This document shows positions 1 to 11,899 of a DNA stretch of 64,000 nucleotides, piece by piece. Origin of the DNA: Vicugna vicugna (Eukaryota); NCBI GenBank assembly GCA_013265495.1, contig MU058065.1, positions 2,085,003 through 2,149,002 on the forward strand, given 5' to 3'. How positions within the stretch are numbered: the stretch's first letter is position 1; every line of letters starts with the position of its first letter. A program made the translations under genes and the position numbers. The notes under the pieces are model-generated. The model saw nothing but the letters and a program-made list of their open reading frames with translations, was not told where the DNA came from and made no database searches.

Positions 1-145
1 TACTCTACTCCAGGCAACTGGCTCTCAAGTGACCACCTTTGCCACAAGGGGACAGAAGACCATCATGAGAATGGGCTCATAGCACTCCAGTACCTTTAAT
101 GGAAACCATCTCAACACATATGTCTGCCAATGGAAAGCTGAGACA

Positions 146-566
146 TTTGTTTTCTTTGAATCAAAACCATTTAAATTTTTATTATGTTTATAGATTTTAA
201 ATGCTGTTTAAAGAAAAAGGTCTTTAAACTTTAACTCATCAGTCAAATTTTACCTTCAGATGGTAGAATTAAGGCACGGCATACTTGCTGTTACATATTC
301 TAATGTTCTGTTAACTTGTTAGCAGATAATTTTTTGAAACTTTTCAGTTTGGTTCACATCCCTGTTCATGTTCTTCGAGTTCATCAGTCCGCAGTAGGGA
401 CCTCCTGGGAGACTTGGCCGTTTGTTCCAGGCTGGTCCAGGCAATGGGGGCTGCTTGAGCCGAGACTTGCAGGGAAGTCACCATTGGCTGCAGCCTTGAG
501 CCTGGCCCGATGTGACTGCTAACGCTAGGGACACAGCTGCCATGGCCCCGTCTGCTTCCCTGCCCA
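146..566 (-). pseudogene. Possible degraded processed retrocopy (parent unidentified)
   Basis: Minus strand: gccATGg at 543-541, GC-rich to AT-rich gradient, AATAAA at 183-178, A-rich tract AAAGAAAACAAA 20 nt further (157-146), and a degenerate flanking repeat (CTGAGAC at 138-144 and 571-577). No intact ORF from this ATG. Confidence 0.3.
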
Positions 567-1044
567 GGAACTGAGACCCATAACCCTGCAGGCTCAGCAG
601 ATCCCCTGGCCCAGTGGTCCGGCTGTGACCCCAGCTCCAAGAGCAGACCAGGAGCAATAAGAACTGACCAGGCTTCCAGAGCCCAAGCTCCCAAGCTAAG
701 ACTACCTGCCTCTCGATCCCTCCCTCCCCGGACCCCCACTGGAGATGGAATCTGATTTAAGCTTTTACCCATCAGAGCCCTCTAGGTGAAAAAGCAGCGG
801 CAGGGTGCAGGAGAGCTGGACTCCAGGCCTGGCTATACCTGCATGTCCTAAGCAAGGCTCTGCCCCTGGCCTCGTCCACACGGAGGCCCTCAATGGGGCT
901 GACTCTCTCTATGGGTCTAAATGAAACCCTCTTAGCTCTTCTCCATCCTGTTCATTATTTCCCTTCACTGCCCCTTCTACCCTTTCTTTCTACTCCCTTC
1001 TATTCTGCCAGCCTTTTCTTTCTTTGGCTATAAAATACTCAGGA

Positions 1045-1191
1045 GCTCATTCTCAGCCCTGGATGAGGTTAGATTCTAGGCTACTTCAAAAAATACAGGG
1101 CTCTACCCTCTCCTCGCCCACCACAGACCTGCTGGGTTAGACGTAAGTACTTCTAGAAAGCTCCTGAGGCCGTTCTGGTCGAGAACTACTG
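1045..1191. mobile_element. Degraded hAT-Charlie MITE (MER5-like)
   Basis: Ends resemble MER5 TIRs (ttctcagccctgg ... gagaactactg). Confidence 0.4.
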
Positions 1192-1239
1192 AGGGCAGGG
1201 AGTAGCTTCAGGAGGAATGTAGTCCTTGGAAAAGGGAGG

Positions 1240-1352
1240 CTTAAATATTAAGTAATTAATAAATTATTAAAATTACTAAAGTTAAATAATCAAAGCAAAT
1301 AATAAATAAATAATAAGATAAAATAGAATTAAAATTAATAAAAATAATAAAG
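1240..1352. repeat. AT-rich low-complexity tract
   Basis: Near-pure A/T with (AAAT)n/(AAT)n units. Confidence 0.8.
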
Positions 1353-2074
1353 GAAAGGTAACCTGGAAGCTGGCAACAGGGAGAATTAAGAGTCTTCTCC
1401 CCACGGATAAAAACTGGCAGGGATGTCTTTTTCTTTGATGTTGTTTTCTCTTTGATTTTTTTTTCTTTCTTTTCTTCCCTTCTCCTTCTAAAAGGAGAGA
1501 AAGTGTGGAATGAACATCAGGCTGAAGGAGAAGGGTTGGGAAGCGCTGGGGAGACTCAGTTAAGACGGGAAGCTGAGGATTGCAGGTATATGATGAGTCC
1601 TGGCCTCCCAGCGTGGGCCCTGGCAGCCCAGACTGGCACCACAAGGGAGACTGCCAGTGGCGGAGCATCTGTTTCAGGTCCTGGAAAGTATCACCAAGTC
1701 ATAGCTGTTCTTCTCAGAAACTCCCACTCCTTCTGGTATTGCAAAACCCTTTGCCTTTAAAACCTGGCCTTTCCTAAAGTCCCCTCCTTCCAAAATGATC
1801 CCTTCCTTCTGCTCCCCAAAGAAGAACGTATTCCCTGAGACCTAATAACAGACAAGGCGTAAGAACCTTGATTTGACGTTTGCGATCAGTTTTTCTTTGC
1901 CTGCCAGGAGGTACCAGGGGTGTAGAGATAAATAAATGCCCCTGAATGTTAGTATCTTACTAGATGTAGATAAATTAAACTGTTTCAAAATCTTGATTAT
2001 ATATTTATCATAGGCTAATGTGATCATTTAAACACACACACATATACAAGTTTGTTAATAAAATTAGTGAGCTT

Positions 2075-2640
2075 ACTTGAGCACAGGGTAAACTTCCTCC
2101 AGATGTGACGTTTGAACTGCCCTCTGAGAAATGGGATCGATATAAAGATGAGGACAGGCAGGCAGGGAACATTCCAGAGGCAGCAGCAAGAGCAAAAGCC
2201 CTATAATGAGAGGAATTGAATGGAAGAAGCCAGGGGGCTGGAGAGCAGAGAGCGGGGGCAGAGCTGCTGCGATGAGTCTGGAAGGTTGGCCTGGACTGGG
2301 TGCGGGCCGGGAGCCACTGACTGGTTTTAAGCACGGAGGCTGCGGTGCCATAATCATATTTTCATTTTGAGAAGAAAACTGGGTGTGGGGCAGAAATGGG
2401 TTGGAGAGGAACTGGGCTGGAGGAGGGCAGATCAACGAGTAGACTTTCATAGAGATTACGGCAGCCTGGACTAGAGTGCTGCTCTAGAGATGGCGAGAGG
2501 AAAATAGATTTTAGAAAGATTGAAGAGGTGAATATCGGTGGTAAATTGGTTATAAGGTGTGAGAGGTGATTACAAGTCAAGAATAACCCCTGGGTTTCTG
2601 ATTCCACATCTGGAATGATTTTGTTGAGTTTTAGAGAAGA
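2075..2640 (-). mobile_element. LINE-2 fragment
   Basis: gatgtgacgtttgaactg...gggaacattccagaggcagcagcaagagcaaaagccc resembles the antisense L2 3' region. Confidence 0.75.
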
Positions 2641-2664
2641 CTGCAAGGTAATGAAACTTAGATC

Positions 2665-2805
2665 GGGGAGAGGGGAGGGGACAGCTCAGTGGCAGAGTGC
2701 AGGAGGTCCTGGGTTCAACCCCCAATACCTCCCGTAAATACATAAATAACCCTAATTGCCTCCCTCCTCCAAAAAGGGCCTGAAAAAAAAATTCCAAAAA
2801 AAACC
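2665..2805 (+). mobile_element. Camelid tRNA-Ala-derived SINE (Vic-1-like), anticodon arm deleted
   Basis: ggggagggacagctcagtggcagagtgc-aggaggtcctgggttcaacccccaatacctcc followed by aaataaccctaattgcctccc and an A-rich tail; same layout as the copies at 15750, 29461, 43564 and 56528. Confidence 0.85.
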
Positions 2806-3639
2806 GAAAGACACTTAAGTCAGGCTTTGCTTCTCCAAAGCACCATAAGGATTACAAAGCTGAGTAAGACTATGATGCAAATCTAGTAAGGTCACCATAA
2901 CCTTAAAAAAGACAACATTTGGAAGACTTTAGTAAGTGTGTGCAGATTTTAGAAATTAAGCAGTTAATAAGACATTCCAATTTCAGTTATTTATAAATCA
3001 AAAGTGGGTAGAGACAGAGTTAAGTTTTAGGACCTATGTTAGACATTTGCATTTGTAATAAAATTCTGACCTGGGATGAATAAATGTTCCAAGCAAAAAT
3101 CACAGACCAAATACAAATTCCCAAAGTCAACTTGACTTACGGGCTGGGGTGTTCAGGATTATGGAAGTTTGTTTTTCCTTAGATGTATGGAGTTGCTGAA
3201 GTCCTTCGTTGTGCTGTTCAGACAGTTACATTTAGTTTTAATTATGCCTGGTAGACAAGATTCCATTCAGTTTCAACTTTGCCAGGGGTGGGATTGGGTT
3301 CACAGGTAGCTTCCTACAGTGGGCGAAGGCTGCGGATTTCAGTGTACCTCAAGGTGCGTGGCAAAGCCACTTGCTTATCCATGGAGACACAGCTGCTTTT
3401 ATAACAAGCAAGTACAAGGGAGATCAATCTCTATTTGCTTTAATAGATTTCAGGACATGACCTCTGCACTTGAAGACGAGCCCCTTTATGGCAAAACTGC
3501 CGGCTTGTGGCCTTTCTTACTCTTGTACAATCTCCCTCCCTCCGGTCCTGAATAATATTATATTCCTTAAACTGCATACGTGCAATGGAAGACTAGGTGT
3601 TCTCACTCAAGGCCTCTGATATTATAGCCACTATAGAGT

Positions 3640-3712
3640 GAGTCTGCTGGCAAGTCATTAATTCCTTTGGGTCTCAGCTTTCTCATCTGCAAAGTGAAGG
3701 GGTGTTATGCAC
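3640..3712 (+). mobile_element. MIR fragment
   Basis: ggcaagtcattaattcctttgggtctcagctttctcatctgcaaagtg is a MIR core. Confidence 0.7.
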
Positions 3713-3924
3713 GTCACTGCCAACAATTCTGGGATCCTATCTGTGCTTTCCACCTCCTTCTTAACTACCCCAAACTCAGTCTCTAGCATACGCAGCCTTT
3801 AGTTATTACAAAACTTTAAATTATCATCTCACAATTTATGTTAAAACGTGCTTTCACGGAATCGCAGACTAGCTAAGGTGTTACTCTTCTGAATACCAGG
3901 CATGACATCCGTCTATCGGCACAG

Positions 3925-4030
3925 TGCACCCCCAAACTGATCAAAATACACGCGTAATATGCTTTAACATACACATTCCTGGATCTCTCCATAGACCTAC
4001 TGAATCAGAATCTCCAGGGAAACAGGAGAA
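3925..4030. mobile_element. MER5A-like fragment
   Basis: agacctactgaatcagaatctccaggg is a typical MER5A internal motif. Confidence 0.6.
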
Positions 4031-4289
4031 GGAATCCACATTCTTCCTGTGGTTAAATGCATGAAATATTCATTCTGTAAGACTGTCTCCTCTCAGTGCA
4101 AGTTGGAATAAGTTTCGACATTTTCAGTAGTGTGTGCCTCTAAACCGCATCATCGTTTCTGCCTCTGGGTTTTTTTCTCATGTCCCTCCCTGATCTGAAG
4201 TTTCTCTTCCTTCATCTTAAAGTCTGATTCTCCAGTCAAAACCCTGACTGAGTCTTACCTCCTGAGTAAGTAATAGCTCTGTGCCAGTA

Positions 4290-4430
4290 TCACTTTGGAC
4301 AATTGTCATGATAACTCCTACGGGAGCTATTGTTCTCACCCCCTTCATACAGCCGAGAACATGGACGCTTAGAGACGTGAGACAGCCTAACCATCAATCT
4401 GCAAGTTGGTGACAGACATGGGGTCTGAAC
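4290..4430 (-). mobile_element. MIR fragment abutting the LTR
   Basis: cccccttcatacagccgagaacatggacgcttagagacgtg...ggggtctgaac resembles antisense MIR. Confidence 0.55.
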
Positions 4431-4431
4431 G

Positions 4432-4975
4432 TGTTACCCCAAAAGCGGAAGGCCTCTGTTCTTGTCTCGCTCAAAGAGGAAGATTTCAGAAGGGAGACAA
4501 AAGCGTTATGTAGTTAGAGATTTTAAAGATTTTATTAGCAAATTGAAAGTACACCTCCAAGAGCAGAAGGTGGGCCGACCCAAGAGATGATGGCAGCCCT
4601 GGTCTTTCTTGGTCCCTCTTGTCTTATACACTTGCTTAGGAGTGGTCTCTTGATTGATTGATGGCTCTTGCCCCCGGAGTGCTTAGTCATGCTTGTCCCC
4701 TTTGCACATGTTCTTACGCATGATGTGCACAGAAAAACCCATGGAAGGGGGCGCCTAAACTGCAATGCTCATTGTACTACAATGAGCACTGGGTCATGTC
4801 TGGTTAGGTCCTTGGTGCTACTGCGCAGTCACGGCTGTCTGCTCCCAACTGATTTCTCGCTGGCACTCATTTAGAGCCCCTTATGCAGAAGGTGGGCTTA
4901 TCACCATCTTTCAGGCCATCCTCCTTCTCCTCCACCTCATCTGTCCCCTGTCCCCACTTATCTAACTGCCTAACA
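4432..4975 (-). mobile_element. Solo LTR, ERV1 (MER4-group-like)
   Basis: 544 bp bounded by TGTTA...TAACA inverted ends. On the minus strand a TATA-like TGTATAAG (~4630) precedes AATAAA (~4536), and the U5 end (...gagcgagacaagaac...ggggtaaca) resembles ERV1 LTRs. No clear TSD. Confidence 0.75.
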
Positions 4976-7900
4976 ATCATGCTGTCTCACCAGGGTGACA
5001 TTTGTCTGCCACCCTCTACATAGATTTCATAGAATTCACTTCCTTGTACACTACACACAGTACAGCTCCCAAGCATCTTAATTCCTCTGAAACATGCAGT
5101 CCGAACCCCACAAATGAGCAATTATTGATAGATTTTGCTTTTCCTTCCTATAGGTCTCGTATATGCCCAACCAGACCCTCAATCCGGCAAAGACAAAGGC
5201 CGTTTTCCATTGGCCCACACAGGAGGCTCAACTAATATTTGTCAATTAAGTAGACATGGAGAGAACTTGAGAATTGTGAAAATGTGCACAATTGTTTTAA
5301 TGTTTAACTATGGAAGAATATCAAGCAACTAAAAGAAATATCAAATTCCTCTTCAATCATTGTTCTAGAAAAGGGTGGGGAGGACGTGGAATGGTAGAAA
5401 TCTAAGCTGAAAGTGAACCATTCCAAAGACCATATTTAGGTTCCTGGAGAACTTGGCCCATGCCTTTGGATGGGACCACTGTACTCTGTGGGATTGCGCT
5501 GACCCAGAAAATAATGAACCTTTTAGTCTCATAATATCTTTTTTGGCTCAAATCAATTCCATTTGAGCAGAGCAATACAAGCTCCCTTACAGAATTTACA
5601 CCCTAATGTCATACCCCTAATCTAGTTGAGACTTTGGGTAGATGGATTTGCTGATACGGTCATGATCTTGAGTTAGGTCATTTTATAAAATGAATGAAGT
5701 AAAGTGTGTTTCCCTTTGTTTTAGGAACAAAATTTTTTTTTCCTCCACTTACTGGTACTTAGCATATTTTCTTAAAAGTAATGTTGGCTTCAACATTAGG
5801 AACTAAAGATAAACTTAGAGAAACATTTTTGATGGTTTTTGACCTAAAGTGAATACTGTTTGAGGGCATTTAAATTCTCCTAAGTGGAAATTAAAGATAT
5901 TTGCCAGAATAAACGTATACAGTGCATTTTTAAGAGACCTGCTAATGGTAAAGTATGATTGTCTTAACTGTTCTCTTTTGTCTTCTTACTTTTCGTTGTA
6001 TATCTTATAATTTCCCTCAGGATACACATAGATTCCCACCCGCCTCAGAAATTGTAATACATATTACCAATTTTTCCGACCAAAAATTTTGGGAATTTAA
6101 AATCACTTAGGAAACTCTTTGTTCACATTACCTTTTTGAGTATTGCCTAAGTAAGTTGGAAAAGCTAAGATATAAAATAGATTATTTTTACTACAGTTTT
6201 AAAAATTATCAGCTGGTGAATTTCTTTGAATTTTCACTGTGACTTAAATTGACAGAGTATCTTTTCTCCCAAGGGTAAAAATAGATTGTGAATTAATGTG
6301 GAATTTGAATATTATTAATTTCACAGTGAAGAGTTACAACTAGTGGCAGAAAACATGTAGGAAAGACAATAGTCTAGATTTCTTAAGTTCTTAGAGAACT
6401 TTGGTTTGGGGGTTTGAGGTAAATGAAGTTGTAGACCTGTTCAAAGATGTTACTCTGAATGTAATTTGGGAAACTTATCTCTCAAGCATGGAATAAATAT
6501 ATTTACTTAGATTCCAGTAATTTTTCAAAATTTTGGTCAGAAATTGCATTTAATTTCCCCAAAGCCCCATCGCTATATTCTTGCATTTTCATCCTATTGT
6601 CACCATTTATTGCCAGATGTTTTCTTTTTGAGGTCCTACAATAGGAACTTAAACTCAAGAACCGGCTCCAAGACTTATTTGCTTCCGCCCTGCTTTAGGA
6701 TTAGCAATTGGGCTCATTATATAGGGGCCTGTTCTGTACAGGGCATGGCTCTCATTAGAGGCTCCAAAATATTTTGGAGTGATGAATTCACGGAGAATGA
6801 TTGCAGGGGTCCGCAATTTTAATTCTGTGTATATTCGATTCAGCACAACAGGTGGTTTAAAACTTACCCAGGTCCTGTCCGCCCAGAGTATGTATTTGCG
6901 TAGTTGCCCTAGCAGAAGACATGCTTATTTTCAAGATACCGTCATTGTCCAAAAAAAATTTTTTTTTTTTTAGATCTTATTTGAAATTGCCCTCCACTCA
7001 GTTTGAGCTCAGGGGGATAAAACTCACTGCTTCGGGCTTCAAATCAAAGTGGGATTCTGCAGCTTGATTACGCATTTTATTCACCTGCCTTGGAAGAAGT
7101 ACCTTTCCATTGTTTTCAAAATTCATCCCAAGGACAAATATTCATCACTGTGAAGGGGAGTCAGAAGAACAAGCAATGTCTCTAAAGGTAAGTCAAAAAC
7201 GTCGTTTCCCAGTGTACCTGGTGTGTGGCTGAGTACCGGTCTCAGATCAGGGATTCCTCTCTCAAGGGAATTCTTTGAAAGAGACCATTTCCACTTGGTA
7301 CTATTTTTTTTTGTGTGAGTATTTTATACTCATACCTCATGCATGTAATTTACTTTCATATCATTTCTCATTTCAGACACATTTCTGTGAATAGCTTTAA
7401 GAGCTCTGCTTGATTTTTTAAAGCATCACACTGTGCCAACATCCTATACTCTACAACATGAAACATGGATTTCAGCATCTGTCTTTCTTGGAAAGTCAAG
7501 TTCTCTAGGTAGGTCACAATCCTAGAAGCAGGGCATAATCAATGTAAAGGTCCTAGTGAGATATGAACTCAGTAAAGTGAGCCCTTGTTAAGAATCTGAA
7601 TGATACTTTAATACGTCAAAATTAAGCTTTGACAAGCTAGACTGGAGACGCATTATAGAATTTAATTACTGCAAAAGCTCTTAGAGATCATCTAGTTACC
7701 ACTCTGTCCTCTTTTAGATTTAAAAATTGATGCCTAAAAGTTTTCATGACTTTTCTAGGACTACAAAAGTAATTTTCAGTCCTCAGAACGTCTAATGACC
7801 CAGCCCTTTGGCAGAACAGAGTTTTCCGATCTAAACTGCCCCAATACTCAGTTTTCCCAGATTGCCCATCACTGGAATAATCTTTGACACTGTGCATTCA

Positions 7901-8104
7901 TGAACATGTCTACATTTCCTTAGCTGTTTCTTTGTATATAATTTCTCATTGTTTATAAAAATGATTTCTATGAATGTATATCCTTGACTTTGCATTTCTG
8001 ATATTGCCTATTTGATTAGTCAACTCAGTTTCCTTTTATATAATGGGTAAGAATTTTGTTCAAGGATTTTGTATATATACAAGAATATTGTTTCTTCAAT
8101 GTCA

Positions 8105-8375
8105 TCTGTTTAAACCAGACTAACTCCTCTTCATCCTTCATGTCTCAGAATATGTGTCTCTTCACTGGGGACGTCTTCCTTGATCCCCCAGATCATGTGA
8201 GATGTACCTATTATTAAAGCTTTGCCTGGGACACCTGCACTCCTCCCTTATAACTGAGCACAATACAATGAAGTATTAAGGCCAGGCTTCCTCAGCAGAC
8301 CCTGGGCTCCATGAGGACAGAGACCTCTTCTATCTTAGACTCCAACATGTCTCCAGGACATACCATGCACGTGGC
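8105..8375 (+). mobile_element. LINE-2 3' fragment
   Basis: ctcttcatccttcatgtctcag...gggctccatgaggacagagacc are L2 3' motifs. Confidence 0.65.
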
Positions 8376-8394
8376 ATGCACTTCTTCTGGCCAG

Positions 8395-8520
8395 GAATCT
8401 AGGCTGCAAGCTCTAGAAATGCAATTCACATCAACTTATGCAAGAAAAAGGAATCAATGGATCATGTAACCAAAAAGTCAAGAGATAGAAATGGGTGGCT
8501 TCATCCCAGCTACATCTCTG
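8395..8520 (-). mobile_element. Old MLT1 (ERVL-MaLR) LTR fragment
   Basis: ggctgcaagc...aacttatgcaagaaaaaggaatcaatggatcatgtaacc resembles the MLT1J/K/L end. Confidence 0.45.
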
Positions 8521-8817
8521 GACTCGCACTTTGCCCTTTGAATGGTTTTGCCCTTTGTAGCTTTCACTCTTAGTCAGGTTCTGCCTTTGTAGGGGCCAAG
8601 ACTGCTCTGGTTGTTCTAGTTGTTTCTGGCTGTTTTCTAACTTCCTTTTTGGAAAATCATTAATGGTAATAATAAAGTCAGCAAAAATAAACATCAAAAT
8701 ATTATCTCTAATCCTCCAAACATCCCCTGTATAAACAAGTCACAATGTGTATATTTCTTTTCCTATACTACTCTGGAAAACATGGTTGTGCTTCATTACC
8801 AAAAGTTGACTCTGTTA

Positions 8818-9431
8818 AGGGAATCTTAATTCAAAAAGATACCTGCATCCCAATGTTCATAGCAGCACTACTTACAATAGCCAAGACATGGAAACAACCT
8901 AAATGTCCATCGATAGATGACTGGATAAAGAAATTGTGGTATATTTATACAATGGAATACTACTCAGCCATAAAAATAATACAATAGTGCCATTTGCAGC
9001 AACATGGATGGACCTGGAGATTGTCATTCTAAGTGAAGTAAGCCAGAAAGAGAAAGAAAAATAACATGATATCACTCATATGTGGAATCTAAAAAAAGGA
9101 AACGTACTTACTTACAAAACAGAATAGACTCACAGACATAGAAAACAAATTTATGGTTGCCAGGGCAGGAAGGTGGTGGGAAAGGATAAATTGGGAGTTC
9201 AAGATTTTCAGACACTAACTACTATATGTAAAATAGAAAAAAAACAAGTTCATATTGTATAGCACAGGGAACTATATTCAATATCTTGTAGTAACTTATG
9301 GTGAGAAAGAATATGAAAATGAATCTATGTATGTTCATGTATGACTGAAGCATTATGCTGTACAACAGAAATTGACACAACATTGTAAATTGACTGTACT
9401 TCAATGAATGTCTGTGTATACAAGACAAAAA
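8818..9431 (+). mobile_element. 5'-truncated lineage L1 (ORF2 C-terminus, 3'UTR, A tail)
   Basis: Encodes DTCIPMFIAALLTIAKTWKQPKCPSIDDWIKKLWYIYTMEYYSA (L1 ORF2 end); perfect 17-bp TSD AAAAGTTGACTCTGTTA at 8801-8817 and 9432-9448. Confidence 0.97.
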
Positions 9432-9659
9432 AAAAGTTGACTCTGTTAGATTTCAAATGGGGAATGTGAAATATATGAAAATGTTTCCTTAGAGTAGAAC
9501 CAATGGCCAGCCTAAAAGTTCTTTCTTTAATAAGACAGTAACATAAGAAAATGTTTCATCATGTATACAGGTTTGGAAACCATCTCTGCACAGCTATATT
9601 ATAAAATTGGGTATACTCCCTTCAAAGTATACCCCATTGTCTTAGAAAGAGATCATTTC

Positions 9660-9910
9660 AGCAAATCTCACTACTAGAGCTTTCATTGGTCTGCTTGGGT
9701 CATGAACCATCTCTGAGTCCACAACCATCGCTGAGGAGTGTGGCCTTCTGACTGCCTAGCTGGGGTCCAGAGACCTTCCAGAACCGAGGAGAAGAGGTCC
9801 ACCCCATCCGACCCACATGGATTGGGAGTAGAATGAGCGTGATCTCCAAAAAAAGAAAAGGAATTCTTGAATCACAACAAGGTGAATGGGTGCTGGGCAA
9901 GCAGAAACAT
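9660..9910 (-). mobile_element. Old MLT1K/L-like LTR fragment
   Basis: cattggtctgcttgggtcatgaaccatctctgagtcc...gggtgctgggcaagcagaaa. Confidence 0.5.
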
Positions 9911-10713
9911 TGATAAGAATAAAAACGTTCATTGCTAATTTTTATTAAGTGCTTTATGTGAATTTGCTAATGCCCACTAAGATAGCCTAAAAATTTGTTG
10001 TGGAGGGACTAGATGAATGAAGATGAAGTTTCACGTCTAGAGCTTATGCGGCATGCCTATGACATGTCGGTGATATTATGCCTGATACCGTCCTTGACAT
10101 TATCATCATTGTTATTGACTGTGAGGAGCTTCGCAAACTAAACCCCTATACCGTTCTAAGTTGTTAAGAGAATTTTTTAACGTCTTAAGCAATTTGCAGG
10201 CCAGCATCCCTGTAACTGTCTCTCATGTCTCATGTGTTTAAAAAACTTTGTACATGTCTTTGCGTCTTGCAATTTGCATCTCATTTCTGGCTTTTATTTT
10301 CTGATGTTAGCCCAATTACCTGCTATCTCTCTGTGCTCTCTTGGGGAAGCTGTCCAAGCTTCCGTTGGCAATTTTAATTTGTAATTTGAGTGTTTGTGTC
10401 ATCAGCTCGACTTCTCCACTCCTTCTCTATTCATTTCATATAAAATCGCTTCCCACCCCTGTCCCGACCTTTGAGGTTTTTCTATTGTTCCTTTGAGGAA
10501 ACATTCAGCTTTACTAGATGGCTTTTCTGTTTAAAGTCTGGTCCAAAGAGATTTTGCTATTTTACTAAGCCTATTAATCTTGGCTTTCATTTTGTTATTA
10601 GTTTTCCTATTTTCATTTCCCCCGTATTTTTCTTAAGTATTCTAAATTCCACGCTAAGAACTTCCTGTTTTTCCACTGAGTTTTAACCTTCTGCAAGGAA
10701 ATTTGGCTTTTTA

Positions 10714-10852
10714 AAAGTTCTTAAGCTGAATTTTTGAAGTCTCTGAGACTATGCAAACTTCTGTGTGAATGTACACAGACATTCTTCAGGGGAAAGGGCA
10801 CAGTTCTCATCAGAGTTCAAGTTTATGACTCATGAATATTTCAGAGCTGTGG
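10714..10852. mobile_element. hAT MITE (MER103-like)
   Basis: gttcttaagctg...tatgcaaac...ggggaaagggcacagttctcatcagagttc. Confidence 0.45.
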
Positions 10853-11868
10853 TCCCCCCACCACAATACTGCTGATAATTTGTGAACTGACCTTTGGCTT
10901 CTCCCATGGAAGGTAAGGGCTACAGTGTTTCTTCATGATTATATCTTGATTTTCTAGCTCAATTCTCTAGGCTGGAAAGGTTATCAGTAGAAGGGAGCTA
11001 AGACTGTCAACAAACTTATCTTCTGCCCTGAGTCAGTGACCCTCAAAGAGCCAACTTCTCAGCAGGACGCAGTCTTTGAAGACTTCCGTGTTACCTGGAG
11101 GTCGCCTCTCAGGATGCAGCCCCTCCCCTTCCACCATGCTTTCATCTGCACAGTAGCGCCCACCCCTTTTCTAGGCTTCCCCTCGCCCCTGTAGGAGACC
11201 AGGGAGCCATTGTGTATGTTGTCTTCCCCTTTCCTTTGCTCATAGAGATGTCTACGTCTTCCTTAATTCTCAGACTTAAACATGTACATATGTATTGAAC
11301 GTGGGTGTACAAAAGCCACGTTGGCAGAGACCGCCTGTTCCTTCTTCTTTACGTTCTTAATTCTCCCCTTTATGGAAGTGATGTCATCATGTTTGGGTGA
11401 TGCTCTAAGAGCAGGCACTTTCAGTCCCTCCTGCATGCCTGTCAGGCTGCCAGCACTGACACCCCTCTTCCTCCCTCACTACTTACCCACTTTTCTAGGC
11501 ATCTTTTGCCCCAGTCATCACTGGCAGAACAGATGGGCCACTTTTCCCAAGGCTGGAGCCAGGGAAAAAATTCCCACAAAGTTTTCATGCCGTAGGAGTA
11601 AACCAAACTAAGGTTCAAACACAACAAACTACATGTAAACATCAAGTTTTTAGGATTAGAGGTGAGATGGAGGTCAGTATTACAATCCCAAGGATTCAGA
11701 GGCAGACAAAGGAGTCAGACAGGATAGAATGGACCAGTAGCGCTGAGATGTATGGCTAGGTTAGGCTGGATTAAAATGTAAGAGACGAGAAAGACAAGGT
11801 CTGTGATTCTTCCCTGTGATCTAAGCTTTCCTCTGCATCTTGCAGGGTTAGTGATCTGCTAATACACG

Positions 11869-11871
<3 letters not shown>

Positions 11872-11899
<28 letters not shown>
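11872..11899 (+). repeat. (GT)14 microsatellite
   Basis: Perfect dinucleotide run. Confidence 0.97.

Noticed and set aside
344..772. 142-aa minus-strand ORF; slight peptide resemblances of the 250-540 region to small proteins such as NDUFA2
   Set aside because: Matches are only a few residues across frameshifts and lack nucleotide-level support from memory, so no gene name is assigned
1027..1036. TATA-like CTATAAAA
   Set aside because: Followed directly by a decayed MER5-like element; no CpG island or downstream exon evidence
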